Below are positions 13,943 through 27,500 of a stretch of DNA of 64,000 nucleotides, one piece after another. The stretch spans positions 310,001 to 374,000 of the forward strand of contig NW_019028990.1 of NCBI RefSeq assembly GCF_002105155.1, in the 5' to 3' direction. The DNA comes from Lobosporangium transversale (Eukaryota). Position numbers and translations under genes: made by a program. The notes under the pieces were generated by a model, which did not search any database, was not told where the DNA came from, and saw only the letters and a list, made by a program, of their open reading frames with translations. Positions within the stretch are counted from its first letter, which is position 1. The number at the start of each line of letters is the position of its first letter.

Positions 13943-14747
13943 ATGCAGCGCTTTGATTTGAACCCAATGTTGACTCGTTTATCACTCTTGTCTCGCAACC
14001 TCAGTGGCGCTTATACAAGATCCCCAAGAGCACTGTCATCTACCCTGCCAACGCCTTCAGCAGGACAGCATAGATACTTGAGTACAAAGGGGCCCTTGCG
14101 GTTTAATGTGTCTGATAACCGTCCTCAGGAGATGACATCTTCTGTTACTGCTCCTCATCTTAATTTCCCTCATCCACTACCACCGCCACCACCACCACCA
14201 CCACTTTCTCATGCTCCTTTTTATCCATTGCAAGGTATAAAAAATAAAAAAAATAAAAAGATTAGTTTGGGAAGAATCAGGTCTTTATCTTTGGATAAAG
14301 TGTGCTTCGCCCATCCAACCCAAAAAAGGAAATCAAAGAATGTCTAATTAGGGCTTTTTTTTAATTTTATCTTAGGCTCAAAAATTAGTATGGCAAAGAA
14401 TAGCAAAGCTATCAATATAAAACCAAATATCTCTTGGATGGAGAAGTTGGCTCAAGATCATCGAACTACTTCCACCTCAAAGACCTCAAACATTACAGGT
14501 TCCAAAGCCATTGAAAACAAGAATCCATCTCCTGAGGTTCATCCTCCACCCAAGAGACGCCAATTGGCCTTGAAGACCATGAAAGATTCTTATACAGAGG
14601 TTGTCATGCCCTTTACAAAGGACAAGAGTTTATTGGAGGAATATATCAACGTCAACGGCACCGTTAGGTAAAAGAAAATAATATATATATATATATATAT
14701 GATTGGCATAATGTTTACCATTGCTTGATTAGCCCTATCTCTCTCTC

Positions 14748-14789
<42 letters not shown>

Positions 14790-15505
14790 ATGTTCTTTAT
14801 CATCAACTTACTGATTGATTTATATCCAACTTTTTTTCTTTCTTTCTTTTTCTTTTTCTTTTTTTTTTTTTTAAAAAAAAAAAGACATGGCAAAATCATG
14901 GAGGATTTAGATGCGTTAGCAGCTGCCATTTCATATAAACATTGTGGATATGAACTGGCAGATAGTTCGGATTTGACGATCGTCACCGCCTCTGTAGACC
15001 GGATCGATTTCCTAAAACCGATTGCCGCTAATGATTTGCGGCTTTCTGGACATGTTACATATGTCGGATATAGCTCTATGGAAGGTAATTTTCGCATATA
15101 AATATAAATATATTTATATTTATATTTATATTTGTGTTTTAAAAGAGAGGGGGAAAGAAAAATGAGAGAGAGACCAATCATCTAAAATATAATATCTTGA
15201 CCATTGCATCCTATATATCGTATATATATAGTCCAAATGAAGATGGAAGAGATATTTCCCGACCATCCCGAGAAAAAAGCTACCATTTTGGTGGCACTGT
15301 TTACCATGGTGGCAAGGGATGCAACCACAGGCAAGGCAGCACAAGTGAATCCCTTGTCACTTCAAGATGACAATGAAAAGAAGCTATTCCAAATGGGAGA
15401 AGGTAAAGATGTCTTTTTTTTTTTTTTTTGAAAGAGAAAAAAAAAAAAAAAAAAAAAAAAGAACCAATTTAACATCGAGATGTTATCTTTTTCTATTTCT
15501 ATTTC

Positions 15506-15537
<32 letters not shown>

Positions 15538-16324
15538 AAGACCATAAAGCTAGAAAGCGCACAGAAAGTGAAAGGGCACTCACAAAACGTCCTCCGACTG
15601 AAGAAGAGCGTTTCTTGATTCATGATCTTTATTTGGAGTATTCCAAATATGAGAACTCTCAGCTGAATTGCTCAAAGCCAGATGATGTCCAGTGGATGGG
15701 TGATACAAAGATGAGTTCCGTTCAAATCATGCAGCCGCAAGACCGTAACGTCCATCACAAGGTAAATAAGAATAATGATAAGAATAATAATAATAATGAT
15801 AATAGCAATAATAACAGCAACATTAGCCAGTTCAATGTTGAAGAAGGAGGAGAAAAAAAAAAAAAAACATCCTTCTCCTCGATATGATACTAAGAGTCTT
15901 TTATTTATATATATAGATTTTCGGTGGATATCTGATCCGTTTAGCTTATGAACTTGCATTCTGTAACGCTTCAGTCTTTATCAGGAACCGACCGATATTC
16001 TTGGCTCTGGATGAGATTGCGTTCCGCAAACCAGTGAGTGTTGGCACCACCTTGGCCCTGGATTCACAAATTGCGTATTCAGGGGGAGGAGAACACCACT
16101 CGTTCCAAGTGATGGTCAAGGCCGATATCCTTGATATCAAAAACAATACTCGAGAGACCTGCAATACTTTTTGGTTCACCTTCAGTGATCCTCGAAAGGA
16201 TCATCTTACCCCAAAGGTCTTGCCCCGAACTTATGCAGAATCTGTGCTTTACCTCGAAGGCAAACGTAGAAGGATAGAAGGCGCCAAGCTAGCTCAATTG
16301 AACCGCAAGAACTTGGGAATGTAA
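13943..16324 (+). CDS. Acyl-CoA thioesterase, double hotdog, ACOT9-like, probably mitochondrial; exons 13943-14234, 14376-14667, 14885-15084, 15232-15402, 15541-15761, 15917-16324
   Basis: Motifs RHGKIMEDLDALA, TIVTASVDRIDF, GHVTYVGYSSME, MQPQDRNVHHKIFGGYL, FRKPVSVG; Arg/Ser-rich presequence; all junctions in frame. Confidence 0.92.
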
Positions 16325-16342
16325 ATCAACAAACAAACAAAC

Positions 16343-16374
<32 letters not shown>

Positions 16375-17212
16375 CATGTTCATGTACATTTCATCGGGTT
16401 TTTTAAACTTGAACGTTTGGCCAAATAAATAGGGCGCCTATTTCTAAAAAATAAAAAAAATAAAATAAGGTAGCCAACAAATAGGCCATTGACACATCAG
16501 AAATGCGGCTCCAGAATTGCCATATTTCGAGTATCCCTTGGTGGATTTCACTCAACCCAAAAGAAAAAAAAAAAAAAAAAAAGAGGATCCTAAACCCCTT
16601 TAACAAACTGGATGCGAAGATCCAGGGGGGAATGTATAAAATATAATAAAATAAAATAATTAAGGGGATTGTCTGTCTTATTTCAACGACGTATTTGATG
16701 TAGCCGATTTATTTTCAAATCCCTATTATTTCCACTCAAGGACACTAAAAATTATAATGGAGAGGACACCAACACATCGTTTTGCAACAGTAAAAATAAA
16801 GTAATGTGAGATGATGAGTGAATGATATCTTTGTGACTTTAGTGGACTTCTCCTACGCTCTTTGAGCGGATATGGTTATGAATACCTTTGATCTGGACAT
16901 CGGGAATGGAGTTCTATTGAGTAATGATTTCAAGCTGCAGGTTGAGTTCTACATTGGTTGTCTGCAACCATGGTCACTACCATTCAAGAGCACCTCCCTT
17001 CCAAACGTGGCTACTACACCTTCAGCCGACGGATGCAAATAAACAGCACTCGTGGACGAAACTATAGTCAGTAGAGCACACCAATATGACCTTAAGTGGC
17101 GAAGCTGAAGGTCGACTCGACTGTATTACAGCATCTGTTGCTCAGAGAAGAGGAATGAAGGGTCTTTGCATCTTGTCAACATTCCTTCCTCATCCTTCGA
17201 ATCATCACCGAG

Positions 17213-20141
17213 ATGGCAGAGCTTCAATACCAACGGTTCCGAAAGGGCAACATCGTTGAAGAAGTTTGTGTTAAAACTGCTTCCACCAAGGCAACCAATG
17301 ACTGCCCGCCATGCTTTGTGCTTTTGCAAGACATTCGAGATGTGTTTCCGGATGCACTGCGCTTCAAGCTGAATGAGCATCCCATCCCATTCCTTTCGGA
17401 TGCTGATGGCAACAGGTATATTATTTTATCATTGGTGCCTTGTTGATTGCTCATGGATAGAAAAATGAGGGAACCCCAATTTGACACGACTTTTTTATTT
17501 TTGTCTCTTTAGAATCGAGCCTCCGCGTATTGCATTCTATCCTGACAAGATCCTGGACATCATTACAGAACCACCACAGTGCTGCAACTGCGGCAGTAGC
17601 AACACCATCGTCCATTTGCCGACATTGGGAGAGTCGAAAAACTTGGCTTTTCATGACCTTCTTTTGTCATTATCAAACTTTGTCCAACCTTCTAATAACG
17701 AGAATTTCAACTCTCACTTTGAAGAGACTAAGAAATTGCTGATGGAGGCCAGTAATGAGGGGATTAAGCTGCAATTAGAGTCTAAGAAGAAGGACGATAG
17801 AATGCTTGAACTGCAGTTGGAGGCTAAGGAGAAGGACGACATGATGATTGAAATGCAGAAGAAGATGCTTCAACTGCAATTCGAGGCCAAGGAGAAGGAC
17901 GAAAGAATGCTTGAAATGCAACGGCAACCACTCGGCAGACTTGCCATCCTGCAAAAGAAAGCTGGAGCTATCCTTGTCCAGAAGTTTGAGCCACACGAGT
18001 ATCCAGTTCCTCGACTGTTTATCATTTTACCTGCCGATCGTACCAAGTGGGACCCAATGAATGTCTTGAGGAACAAGGCGCGCCTTCATTTCTTATGCGA
18101 ACATGGGGATAACACTGCAAAGACAGATAAGAATTGGCACGACCAAATCCACCTTGCCAGACATGAAGGATATGAGATCCGGAACAGCACAGAGTTCTTT
18201 CAAAAGTATGGAAAATATATAGTTATCCTTTTACAGTGGTTGAAGTTGGGGATAGGAGCTGCTTCAGGTACTTCTCTGCCATCAGTCCCAAAGCTGCTCG
18301 ATGCCGGCATTGATTATTCAATCAAGTATATGGAGCAGCTCTCTAAAGCGAATCCAGCTCTGAGCAACATCAACACAATCGATGACTTTGAGGCACTTGA
18401 AGGAGCAGATCTTCGCCAACTGAGCAAACTCCTTCAAACCAAGGATGAAGACTGGCAACTTGGCAACTTGTACAGGATTACGACAGAAACAGGCCATGTC
18501 AGATGGGTTTGTGTCGACCACTACCGCTCAACATATAACGAGAGAGAACAGGAGGCGTTTGAAAATGTAGTGGAGGTGGAGATGAACCGTAGCAAGAATA
18601 CGTGGCACTGGGACAAGGATACGTGGGACTGGAACAAGTATGAGTCGCATCTTGGCAAAGTGACTATCACATTGAGATCCAGAAATGCAGCAAGAGAATT
18701 CTACAATGCTCTGACCAATGCAAAACATGTGTACGAGATGGATATTGCATTATTCTGGTATTGGACTCGGACAGATCTTAAAGCATTAGAGAAAGCTCTA
18801 AAAGTGTCGAATGTATCGGTTCTTCGACTTAATCTTGAGCAGCCTCAAGAAAGTATTACCATGGAAATACTTCCAATATTACTTCCAATAACCATACCAT
18901 ATAAGATGCTTGTTCGCATCATATCACTTCGCAGAATGAAGTCAATCTGTATTGTACTATCTTCGGATATGATCAAGCTTTCGAATTTACCGAGTAAAAA
19001 ACTACCACATCTTCATGAGTTATCCTTTGAGATAAGTCCTCGGAAGATGGGAGCAAATGCTTTTCGAGGACTTGTAAATTCACTCAAGACCGATGTGCCC
19101 TTGACGAGTTTGGACTTAGGGGACAACGCAATTGGATATGAAGGAGTCCTGGCGCTGTCAGAGGCACTCAAGACAAACAAAGTTCTGACAAGTTTAGACT
19201 TGCTCGCCAACTCAATTGGGAAAGAAGGAGCTCTGGCACTCTCAGAGGCACTCAAGACAAACACGACTTTGACAGATTTGAAGTTGTTCAACAACTCTAT
19301 TGGCAAGAAAGGAGCTCAGGCACTCTCAGAGGCACTCAAGACAAATAAGACTTTGAAAAATTTGGAATTGGGAGGCAACTCAATTGGGAAAGAAGGAGCT
19401 CTGGCACTCTCGGAGGCACTCAAGACGAACAAGACTTTGGCAAATCTGAGCTTGCTCGCCAACTCAATTGGGAATGAAGGAGCTCTAGCACTCTCAGAGG
19501 CACTCAAGATAAACAAGACTTTGGCAAATCTGACCTTGGGATGCAACTCAATTGGGAAAGAAGGAGCTCTAGCACTCTCAGAGGCACTCAAGACAAACAA
19601 GGCTTTGACAGAATTGTTATTATTTCGGAACTCAATTGGGAATGAAGGAGCTCTGGCGCTCTCAGAGGCACTCAAGACAAACAAGACTTTGACAGAACTG
19701 GACTTGTGTAGGAACTCAATTGGGCAAGAAGGAGCTCTGGCACTCTCGGAGGCACTCAAGACGAACACAACTTTGACAAACTTGAACTTGAGTGAAAACG
19801 TAATTGGGGATGAAGTAGTTCTGGTACTTTCAGAGGCACTCAAGACAAACATGACTTTGACGAGTTTGAACTTGTATTACAACTTTATTGAGAATGAAGG
19901 AGCTTCGGCACTGTCGGAGGTACTCAAGACAAACATGACTTTGACAAATTTGCACTTGGGATACAACCAGATTAAGAATGAAGGAGCCTTAGCATTCTCA
20001 GAGATGCTCAAGACAAACACCACTCTGAAAAGGTTGGAGTTGAGAGGCAACCAAATTTGGGATGAAGGAGCTCTGGCACTTTCAGAGGCACACAAGGCAA
20101 ACAAGGCTTTGGCAGATTTGGACTTGCAATATGAATTTTGA
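17213..20141 (+). CDS. Large RNI-like leucine-rich-repeat protein (N-terminal header domain, coiled coil, central domain, 12-13 LRRs); intron 17416-17512
   Basis: The intron joins DADGNR to IEPPRIAFYPDKILD in frame. 28-aa repeats LxxLxLxxNSIGxEGALALSEALKTNxT in the C-terminal third. Confidence 0.9.
19083..20141 (+). repeat. Intragenic tandem array of 84-bp units (12 complete plus 1 partial) encoding LRRs
   Basis: Recurrent core aactcaattgggaaagaaggagctctggcactctcagaggcactcaagacaaac at 84-nt period. Confidence 0.95.
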
Positions 20142-22381
20142 AGTAACTCTGACCCTGTCAGAGGTACTCAATCCAAGGACAACACGGCATAGCTTGGATT
20201 ACATGCGTTTAACATTACTAGTAGAAAATATAAATGGTTTCAATCCGCCACAGTAATACTTGATGCTCAGCCTCTTCTCCTACTCTGCATTTCCACAACA
20301 TTCATTTTTATTAAATACTGACAATAAGCATGTCTATTAAGAGGTATGTTTTCACTTTTCAGAAATAAAATGAAAAAAAAAAAAAAAAAAAAAACATTTA
20401 CATGTATATCCAATCGGGACTAGGGTCATTAAATGAGTCTCCTACCCGCCATGGTTACCCCGGCCTTTGCATCATTGGCTTGTGTGCTTCCTTCTTCCTT
20501 TCTTTTCCCCTTTTGCATATTTACGTTGCATGGGCAAAGGTTGTTTTTTTTTTTTTTTTTTTAAATATACAAACTTTGCATTGATTCACGGCGGACACTT
20601 GATCGTTAAGCACATCGGTCCTATTCGGAGACGTAATAATCTCGGGGGAGAAAACATCCAACACAGCCTTTATTCAAAACCAAGTAGTGAAAACCTCAGG
20701 GGTTGATATCTCTTAGTAGAGAAGTCGTTTCAGTATTGCTTCAAGGTGAGTGAAACCTTCTGGAGTGATGGTGGAGGGAAAGATATGATTCTTACATGTC
20801 TTTAGAGAGATCTTTAGCTATTCCGCATCAAAATTATGGCGGGATTTCATTGGCAGGGGTATAAAATACAGACGCGTTGGTCCTGTCAAGAGCCTAAATA
20901 TATAGACCACAATAGTTACAACCCTCAATTCAGCCTAAGGATCATTAAAATTGAGAGGAGGGAGGGATGGTTTGGATTTTTAGTCAGGATTGATGATGGT
21001 GGTAGCAAGTGACATCGAGGAACTATTCCAGCTCCCTTCATTTGAAGGATTGAAGAGTGGTAAAAATATATATACAAAAAAATAAAGAAGAACCAAGAGC
21101 GAGTACAACATTTGCTGTTATTAAGAATAAAGTGAAGCAGCGAAGAATGGGAAGGAATAAGCCCAATAATGCGGTGATGAAATTCCAAACGTGTCTTTAT
21201 CAATGTTATAAACAGAACCATATTACCTGTTCCTTGTCGTCTTTTCAACAACAGCAATAACAACAACATCAATGATTGCCAAGAATGCATCTACATTAAT
21301 TAATAATAGATTTAAAGATGTAGTGGCTGTTCGCTGCAAGGGGAGGGGAGGGGAGTTGTCCTTGCGTTTAACGGAAGCACGGAGATGATCCGTGTTACGG
21401 CTATAGGAGATATTAATACCTGTAGCATAAAGTATTGATATGGTGCTCTATGTAAATACAACGTGTATATATTATACATATATACATTTGTGAATTCTAT
21501 GAATGTTAATGCACATTAGTATAGACATTTGTTTATGTAAAAAAAGATGTGTTGTTATTAATTACAGCCGTACTAAGCGAATGGTATATAAAATGTCAAT
21601 ATGGGTATTGGAAAAAGAGTATAGAGATGTACATGTACAATTATTGATGCATAAATTTGGTCGTCAATAATGTATCCTTGTCATGGTAAGAGCAATTGGG
21701 TTAGTTGCTGCAAGGTGACAAAGATGTGTATGAAAGAGATGCATTCATGTTGAAAGGAATAGTGCATCGTTCTCTGGAGGTGATCGAAAGACTACAAAAA
21801 ATGGATATTACAAAGATGTATTTATTGTATATCCATACGAATGTTTGGATGTGTACTCTGATACTTGGTCCTACATAGCCCCAAACATGCCAATCTCCTT
21901 GGCCTGCCACCTTTGCCCATTTATTAAAGCTGAAGTTGTATGGTTTGGTTACTAAAGTGCAGTTACACAAACGCAATTTTGCAAATAAAAACCGTATTCA
22001 TGTTAGACGCATTACAGGTGTACTCCATCACCTCATCAGTTTATGAAATTCATTTCTCATCTCATTTCTCTTTCTCTTTCTTTCTCTTTCTCTCTCTCTC
22101 TCTCTCTTCTTCATTCATTCATCCATTCATTTATTCACATTCATTCATTCATTCATTAATTTACAAGTGCTTGTCTCATCCTTTTTTTTTTTGTATGTAT
22201 GTTCATCCTTTGAACAAAGCGACTTGTCTTTGTTTCTGTTTCATCTGGGCTCAATAAATGTCCTATACACTTGAGAATTGAACTTCACTCTTGCCACTTT
22301 CTCTCTCTCTCTCTCTCTCTTTTGTACACAGACACACACTTTCTGTCATAATCCTTTTTTCCTTACTTCGATTAATTGCCA

Positions 22382-24241
22382 ATGTTAGGCCTCTTCAAGA
22401 AAAAGGAGGATCCTTCTGCCTCCAATAATAATCAAAGCAATAGTTCAAAACAACGGCCACCACCCCCGTCCAATGGCTTACATGGGTCCAACAATAGTTC
22501 GAACAACCATGGCAATACTTCTGGATCTCCTCTCACCGGTTCAATGAGTCCAACAGGATATTCACAACAACAACAACAATATCAACAGCAACAGCAACAA
22601 CAGCCATTACAACTCAATAACCCTAATCTAGTGCAGACGCAAGCATCATTCCTTCCATATACCGCGGGCGGTCTTCCTTCACCACAGGTACATAGTGCAG
22701 CACCATTACAGGCAGCAACAGGGTCAATGCTACCAACCCCACAGCTATATTGGACACAACGTCGTATCCTCGGCACCAATCCATTCCCTCGGTTCCAACA
22801 TACGAGTTCAGTGATCACGAATGGAACAGATATCTATTTATACGGTGGCAGTCAAGATGGGAACACTAAAGGCGATCTCTTTATTATTGATTCTAGTAAG
22901 TCAATTGGGGCATAGTTTTTTTTTTTTTTTTTTTTTTTTTACGTCTGGCATGTGTTATTGCTGCTATTATTGTGTGCGTGTGTTTTGTACCCCCATGGCC
23001 CTATGTATGTTTATATGTTCATCTAGTCCTGTGTCCCTAAGGAGAGAGTGGGAGGAAGCATCTGGATGAGTAAACATGAAAAACAAACTTGGCTAGTAAA
23101 GAAAGACTCTTTTAATGGGCTCATATCCAAATGAATGGCACCAAAAGCCTTTTTGAACATGATTGGGCAGTTCCTTTTTTTTTGAGCCCTCCAGCTTTTT
23201 TTTTTTTTTTCTTTTTTGAAAAAGGGGAGAGAAACAAAGCAAAAACGTGGTTGAAATGGAAATGGATCGAAAAGGATGTCTAATTCAATTTTATGTTTTA
23301 TTGATTAGCCTCGCTTGAGTGTCAGCTCATAAATGCAGCAGGGGATGAACCATCTTTGCCCAAGAGCGGACATTCTGCTGTCAACATTGGACAATACCTC
23401 ATCTGTAAGTACATCAACCATAATTTAGGGTGGCGAAGGCATTGTTCCTGAAATGGCAGAATGAAAAAACGTTTCATGTCACACAATTAGGGGTTAAATG
23501 TATCACATTAAATTTTAGATAATCAGAAAAGCAAAAGAGAGTAAGAGAAAGCGGCGGGAAGAAAAGAAATACTAATGCAAGTAAAATTCCTCTTGTAGAT
23601 TTCGGTGGTCAGAATGCAACAACAGGTCAATGCGATGGCACCTTGCATGTGCTGCACACTGGAAGGAAAGAATGGAACAAACCTCCGATTCAGGGACCTT
23701 TGCCTACCCCACGTCATTCTCACACCGCTGTCAGCATTGGCACAATCATGTATATATTCGGTGGTCAAAACAACGACTTTTATATGGACGACATCAATGC
23801 CTTTGATATGATGACAAGTAAGCAACACCCTCTATTCGTAAACATCACCCCTATTAAAGCCTCAAGTAAAAGTTGCTTAAAAGGTTCCTTCACTTTTTTC
23901 TTTTTTTTTCTTATCCTCTTCTCCCTATAGTCACACAAAACCCTAGATGGGAGAAACTAGAGCCTCAGACAGAATCGCCTCCTGCGCGTTCTGGCCACTG
24001 CGCTTGTGCGCATGAGGGCAAAATCTATGTTTTCGGAGGAGCAGATGTAGATTATTTCTATAATGATATCTGGTGTTTCGACCCAAAGGCTCTGACATGG
24101 ACTCCAATCCCCGCCTCAGGATATTTACCCACAGGTCGTCATGGCCACTCTTGTACAGTTGTAGACGGGATCATGTATATCTTTGGAGGCAACAGTCCCG
24201 ATGGCTCTGAATTGAACGATGCTTATGCCTTCAAAATTCAT

Positions 24242-24276
<35 letters not shown>

Positions 24277-24518
24277 AGACAAGTTGGAAAACATATTAAC
24301 TCCTACTCATGCCTTTCTACTTTATTTTATTTTATTTGTATTGATGATTAGAGCGCCGATGGTATCTTTTCCAAAACGTCGGAACAATTGCGAGTGCAAG
24401 GAGCGGTCATACAATGTGCACTGTCAAGGATAGGATATATGTCCTCGGAGGAGCATCAGAGCAGACAAAATTGGAGGACTCGGCACTGATCTATTATTTG
24501 GAGATTTGTAAGAATGCG

Positions 24519-24554
<36 letters not shown>

Positions 24555-27500
24555 GACTAAACTACGAATGCCATTTTCCTTATCTTATCTTGTCTCTTTG
24601 TTTTGTTTTGTGTACATAGCCAAGATCCGCTATCCTGATCTTCCACAAATGATTCCCCCTCGTCAAGCATCATCACAAAGACTCTTGATGAGCAGCCCAC
24701 CACCAGACTCTGTACACAGTGACTCTGACAGGAATTCAGGCCAAAATCAACACCAACAACAACAGCGGGGACCACCAGAACGTCCTGATCGACCTGACCG
24801 ACGTACTACACAGCGTCCTACATCCCCTCCAATGTTTTCGCCTTCAGATCGAAAAGGATCTTTCTCAAACCCTACAATCTCACAACATACCAACCAGTTA
24901 ATGAACTCACAGATGGGACAGCATCCTATGACCTCGTTTGCTTCCCCACCGCCCCCACCACCGCGTGGAATCAGTGCAGGCGCAGGATTCTCACCCGCCA
25001 ATAGTGCTAATGTCGGTCCAAATGATTATCAGGCTGAGGGACTTTCTGTCGCTACGAGGCGTCAAACATTAAGGGATGATTTCCAAGGAGGCTACGGTGG
25101 AGCTGTCATCGGGACTGCCAGTCCTATCAATAGCCCCATCGCTAGCCGAAGAGCGATCCATCCAATCCCCTCGAGCCCCAGTATGGGCGCTAGCCCATCA
25201 CCGCTCAGAGTTATCAACGTCTCTCCGACCAGTCCTCCACCTTCCTCCCGATCATTTTCTGATATTGGGGCAGACGACACAACCAGCCCCATCTCTGCAC
25301 GACCCAACAAAGATCATCATAGCATGGACTTTGTTCCTCCACCGGGAACTGGAAAGGGCCCGGTAGAGGACATTAACCCATATGCAATGGAGGCCATTAC
25401 ACCTGGCAGTACTATGAGTCCCATGGTTCAAAGTCCTAGCAGCACAGCGTCTCCGAGTGCATATATTCCTCCACCTCCTTTAATGACTTCTTTCTCTGCA
25501 GCAGTCAGCGGCTCTGAGGGTCAAAACATCATTGCTAATTCATCCCCCCGTTCGCCTCTCTCTGGGGTCAATTCACACCTGCCTCCTTCGACTAGTGCTG
25601 TTCCTGGTTCAGACAGAAAGCCAGGTCAACCTGCGCAAGCCTCTACTCCAATTCCAGGACCATTAAATGACCGTTCAGCGTCGCCTATCGCTGGAAAAAA
25701 TATGACTACACGTGGTTCTGGTGGCTCAGCATTTGCATTGGGGCTCGGCACCGATGGATCGTCCACACCTGTTGTTACATCCGTTCCTGAAAAATCTGCC
25801 CGTCGTGTCTCTGTCCAACAACAACAACAACAACAGGAGGTGATGAAGATGAGCAGAGTCGTTCAGAGTGAGAACGAGATGCTGAAGCAGGAGGTTGAAA
25901 AGTTAAGGAAGCGAGAGCAGTGGTTAATGGCAGAAGTGATCTTGACTAGAGATTCATTACCAGCACCGACGAGTGGACATGGCAAGAAACAGGAAGGAAA
26001 TGATGATCCATCCTCCCTGAGCTTGCAAGAAAAACGATTGTCAATGGTGGATTTGGAGCGTGAGTTGGCCAGTGGAGAACTGGAGGGTCAACAACTCAAG
26101 ATCATGAAGGCCTTGGTCAAAGTCAAAGAAGAGCTCAAGACTGCCAAGGTAAAAGAAAAAAACACTATGCATATATGCACAACTTTGTATTTGTATTTTT
26201 GGATTTATTTTCTGATATCTTTTCTTTTTTTTTTTTTTTTTTTTTTTTTTATAAAAAACAGATGTCAATTGTAACTCAGGCACAGACAGCTTCAAATAAG
26301 ATCAAGGAGGCGGAACGGGTCCGAACAGCAGCACTACAGGAAGCGGCGTATTTAAAAGCAAAGATGTCCTCAATGACCAATGCTCAACAGGATCCTGGTG
26401 CCCTTGCTCGTGTAGAGATGGAGCGCGCAGCAGATCTGGAAAAACGGCTGACCAACGCTCTTAATGAACTTGATGCAATGGAGATACAGTATCAAAAGGC
26501 TCAAGAAACACTTGAACAGGAGAAACGATCTCGAATTGCTGCAGAGGAACGGTCACAAGGATCGATTCTTTTGGCAGATCAAGCCCAATCAGCTCATACA
26601 CGTGCGCTTGCTGAGATTACTTCACTTCATAGTCGAGCCTCTAAAGCCGAAGCTGAATCTCGAGAGTATGCAGCTCAGCTTGCAGAGACCCAGGCTGGAG
26701 TGTCAGGCCATCAATCTCAATCCTCGGGGTTGCTTCAAAAGGTCCAGAGCTTGAAACAGCAGGTGGAGGAACAGGAGCTGGCATTGGAACGAGCTCAGGT
26801 GGCCTTTTCGGTCGCTAATGATCGTGCAGCTCGTGCAGAGGCTCGGTCCGAAGAAGCAGCTCAAAAGATTGACAGGCTGGAGAGTCAGCGGTTTGAGCTC
26901 TCGACTGAGGCAAACCGATACAAAAGTGAGGCTGAAAGGTTGCAATCCAAGGTGGAGGATCTGGAGAACCGATGGCAAGTCTCGAAGGATGAGGTGGCCA
27001 CGCTTAGAAAACTGGTAGAGGATGGACTGGGCGCGTTCAGTCCACGGGCCAGGTCTGAGAAGATAACACCGGAACGGAAACATGATAGCATTGCGATCCT
27101 TAGCACAGTCTCGAGGGTTTCAGAATTGGAACATGAGCTCGCGTCACTGAAGAAACTCCACAGTGTCTCTCAAGCAGCAGCTACCAAATCATCCTCAGAG
27201 CTGGCAGATGCCATGATCGAGCTCTCGCGTTTGGAACAAGCATCCATGCAGGCCCGCACCGAGACTATCTCACTTCAAAAGCTGTTGTCTCATGAGCGTG
27301 AGGCTGCAGCCCAATTGAGAAGCAATCTGGTCAAGACCGAGCAGCAGCTGGAAGAGAAGGTCAAGGAATTGGAGGATCATGAAGTGCAATTGGGATTGTT
27401 GCAGGATGTGATGCGTGAGAAGGGTATGATTGCAGAGGATATCGTTGTTCATGCTCGCGCGCGTGGAACGCCCGAATATGCAATCGAGTTGGAAGGAAAG

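Noticed and set aside
16608..16625. Short hairpins (also 21378-21394 and 52129-52145) as Helitron 3' ends or terminators
   Set aside because: Only 6-bp stems, no CTRR end at the expected distance, and expected by chance in 64 kb.
19083..20141. 84-bp periodic repeats with variable segments as a CRISPR array or DGR
   Set aside because: They are in-frame LRR codons in a eukaryotic gene; no cas genes, reverse transcriptase or template repeat is present, and the variation is not adenine-specific.
20560..21960. Possible further pseudogene fragments downstream of the LRR gene
   Set aside because: No recognisable motif in the frames I read; many stops.
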